30,380 nucleotides of DNA, taken from NCBI GenBank assembly GCA_002269645.1, contig NIVC01000179.1, positions 176,306-206,685 on the forward strand, read 5' to 3'. Numbering within the stretch: position 1 is the stretch's first letter; every line of letters begins with the position of its first letter. A program made the position numbers and the translations under genes. The notes under the pieces are model-generated. The model was not told where the DNA came from and searched no databases. It worked only from the letters and a program-made list of their open reading frames with translations. Below, in pieces: positions 30,167-30,380 of this stretch. Origin of the DNA: Macrostomum lignano (taxonomy: Eukaryota).

Positions 30167-30380
30167 ATTTCGTTAAAACCGATCGAACATCTGGCAAGCA
30201 TCAGACTCTACTATCAATGCGGAGAACAGTCGACTCGCTTCGCTGTGCGGTGGTTTGTCGAACGAAACATTGGAGAACTGCAGTGTCACACTAGAAGATG
30301 TTGGAACTACAACTGCATTTGCCATTTGATGAGACCACAACCTCTCTGAGTGGCGCTGCATTGTCAAACGCAATAACAGA
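30167..30380 (+). other. Probable next exon of the PKD1-like gene, reading frame not resolvable
   Basis: The TTTAG acceptor read in phase 1 gives DFVKT.. and stops at TAG 30292. The neighbouring frame reads SNIWQASDSTINAENSRLASLCGGLSNETLENC.. and stops at 30327. Confidence 0.5.

Overview
Eukaryotic (invertebrate-type) genomic DNA with short AT-rich GT-AG introns. The species cannot be determined from the sequence. Almost the whole window is one + strand multi-exon gene. I traced it by hand as 51 phase-consistent exons from 641 to 29864: 15,736 coding nt, about 5,245 aa, with no in-frame stop. Neither the start codon nor the membrane region lies in the window. The C-terminal part (PKD repeats plus REJ module, mostly in one 4,153-nt exon) marks it as a polycystin-1/REJ family receptor. 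The roughly 3,500 aa upstream are a mosaic of discoidin (F5/8C), F-type lectin-like, C-type lectin, kringle, LamG-like, PAN-like, fibrinogen-C and EB modules. They are arranged as a three-fold repeated super-unit, and several domains appear to be split by other domains inserted at phase-1 introns. A young 4,237-bp Ty3/gypsy (Mag-like) LTR retrotransposon sits in sense orientation in the intron 14243-19537. It has 216-bp LTRs (215/216 identical), a GTATG target-site duplication, a PBS and a PPT, but it has no gag AUG, one nonsense codon and one frameshift. Introns also hold minisatellites, microsatellites, two perfect hairpins and a candidate MITE. Domain names come from motif recognition by eye, not database searches, and the splice model has no transcript support.
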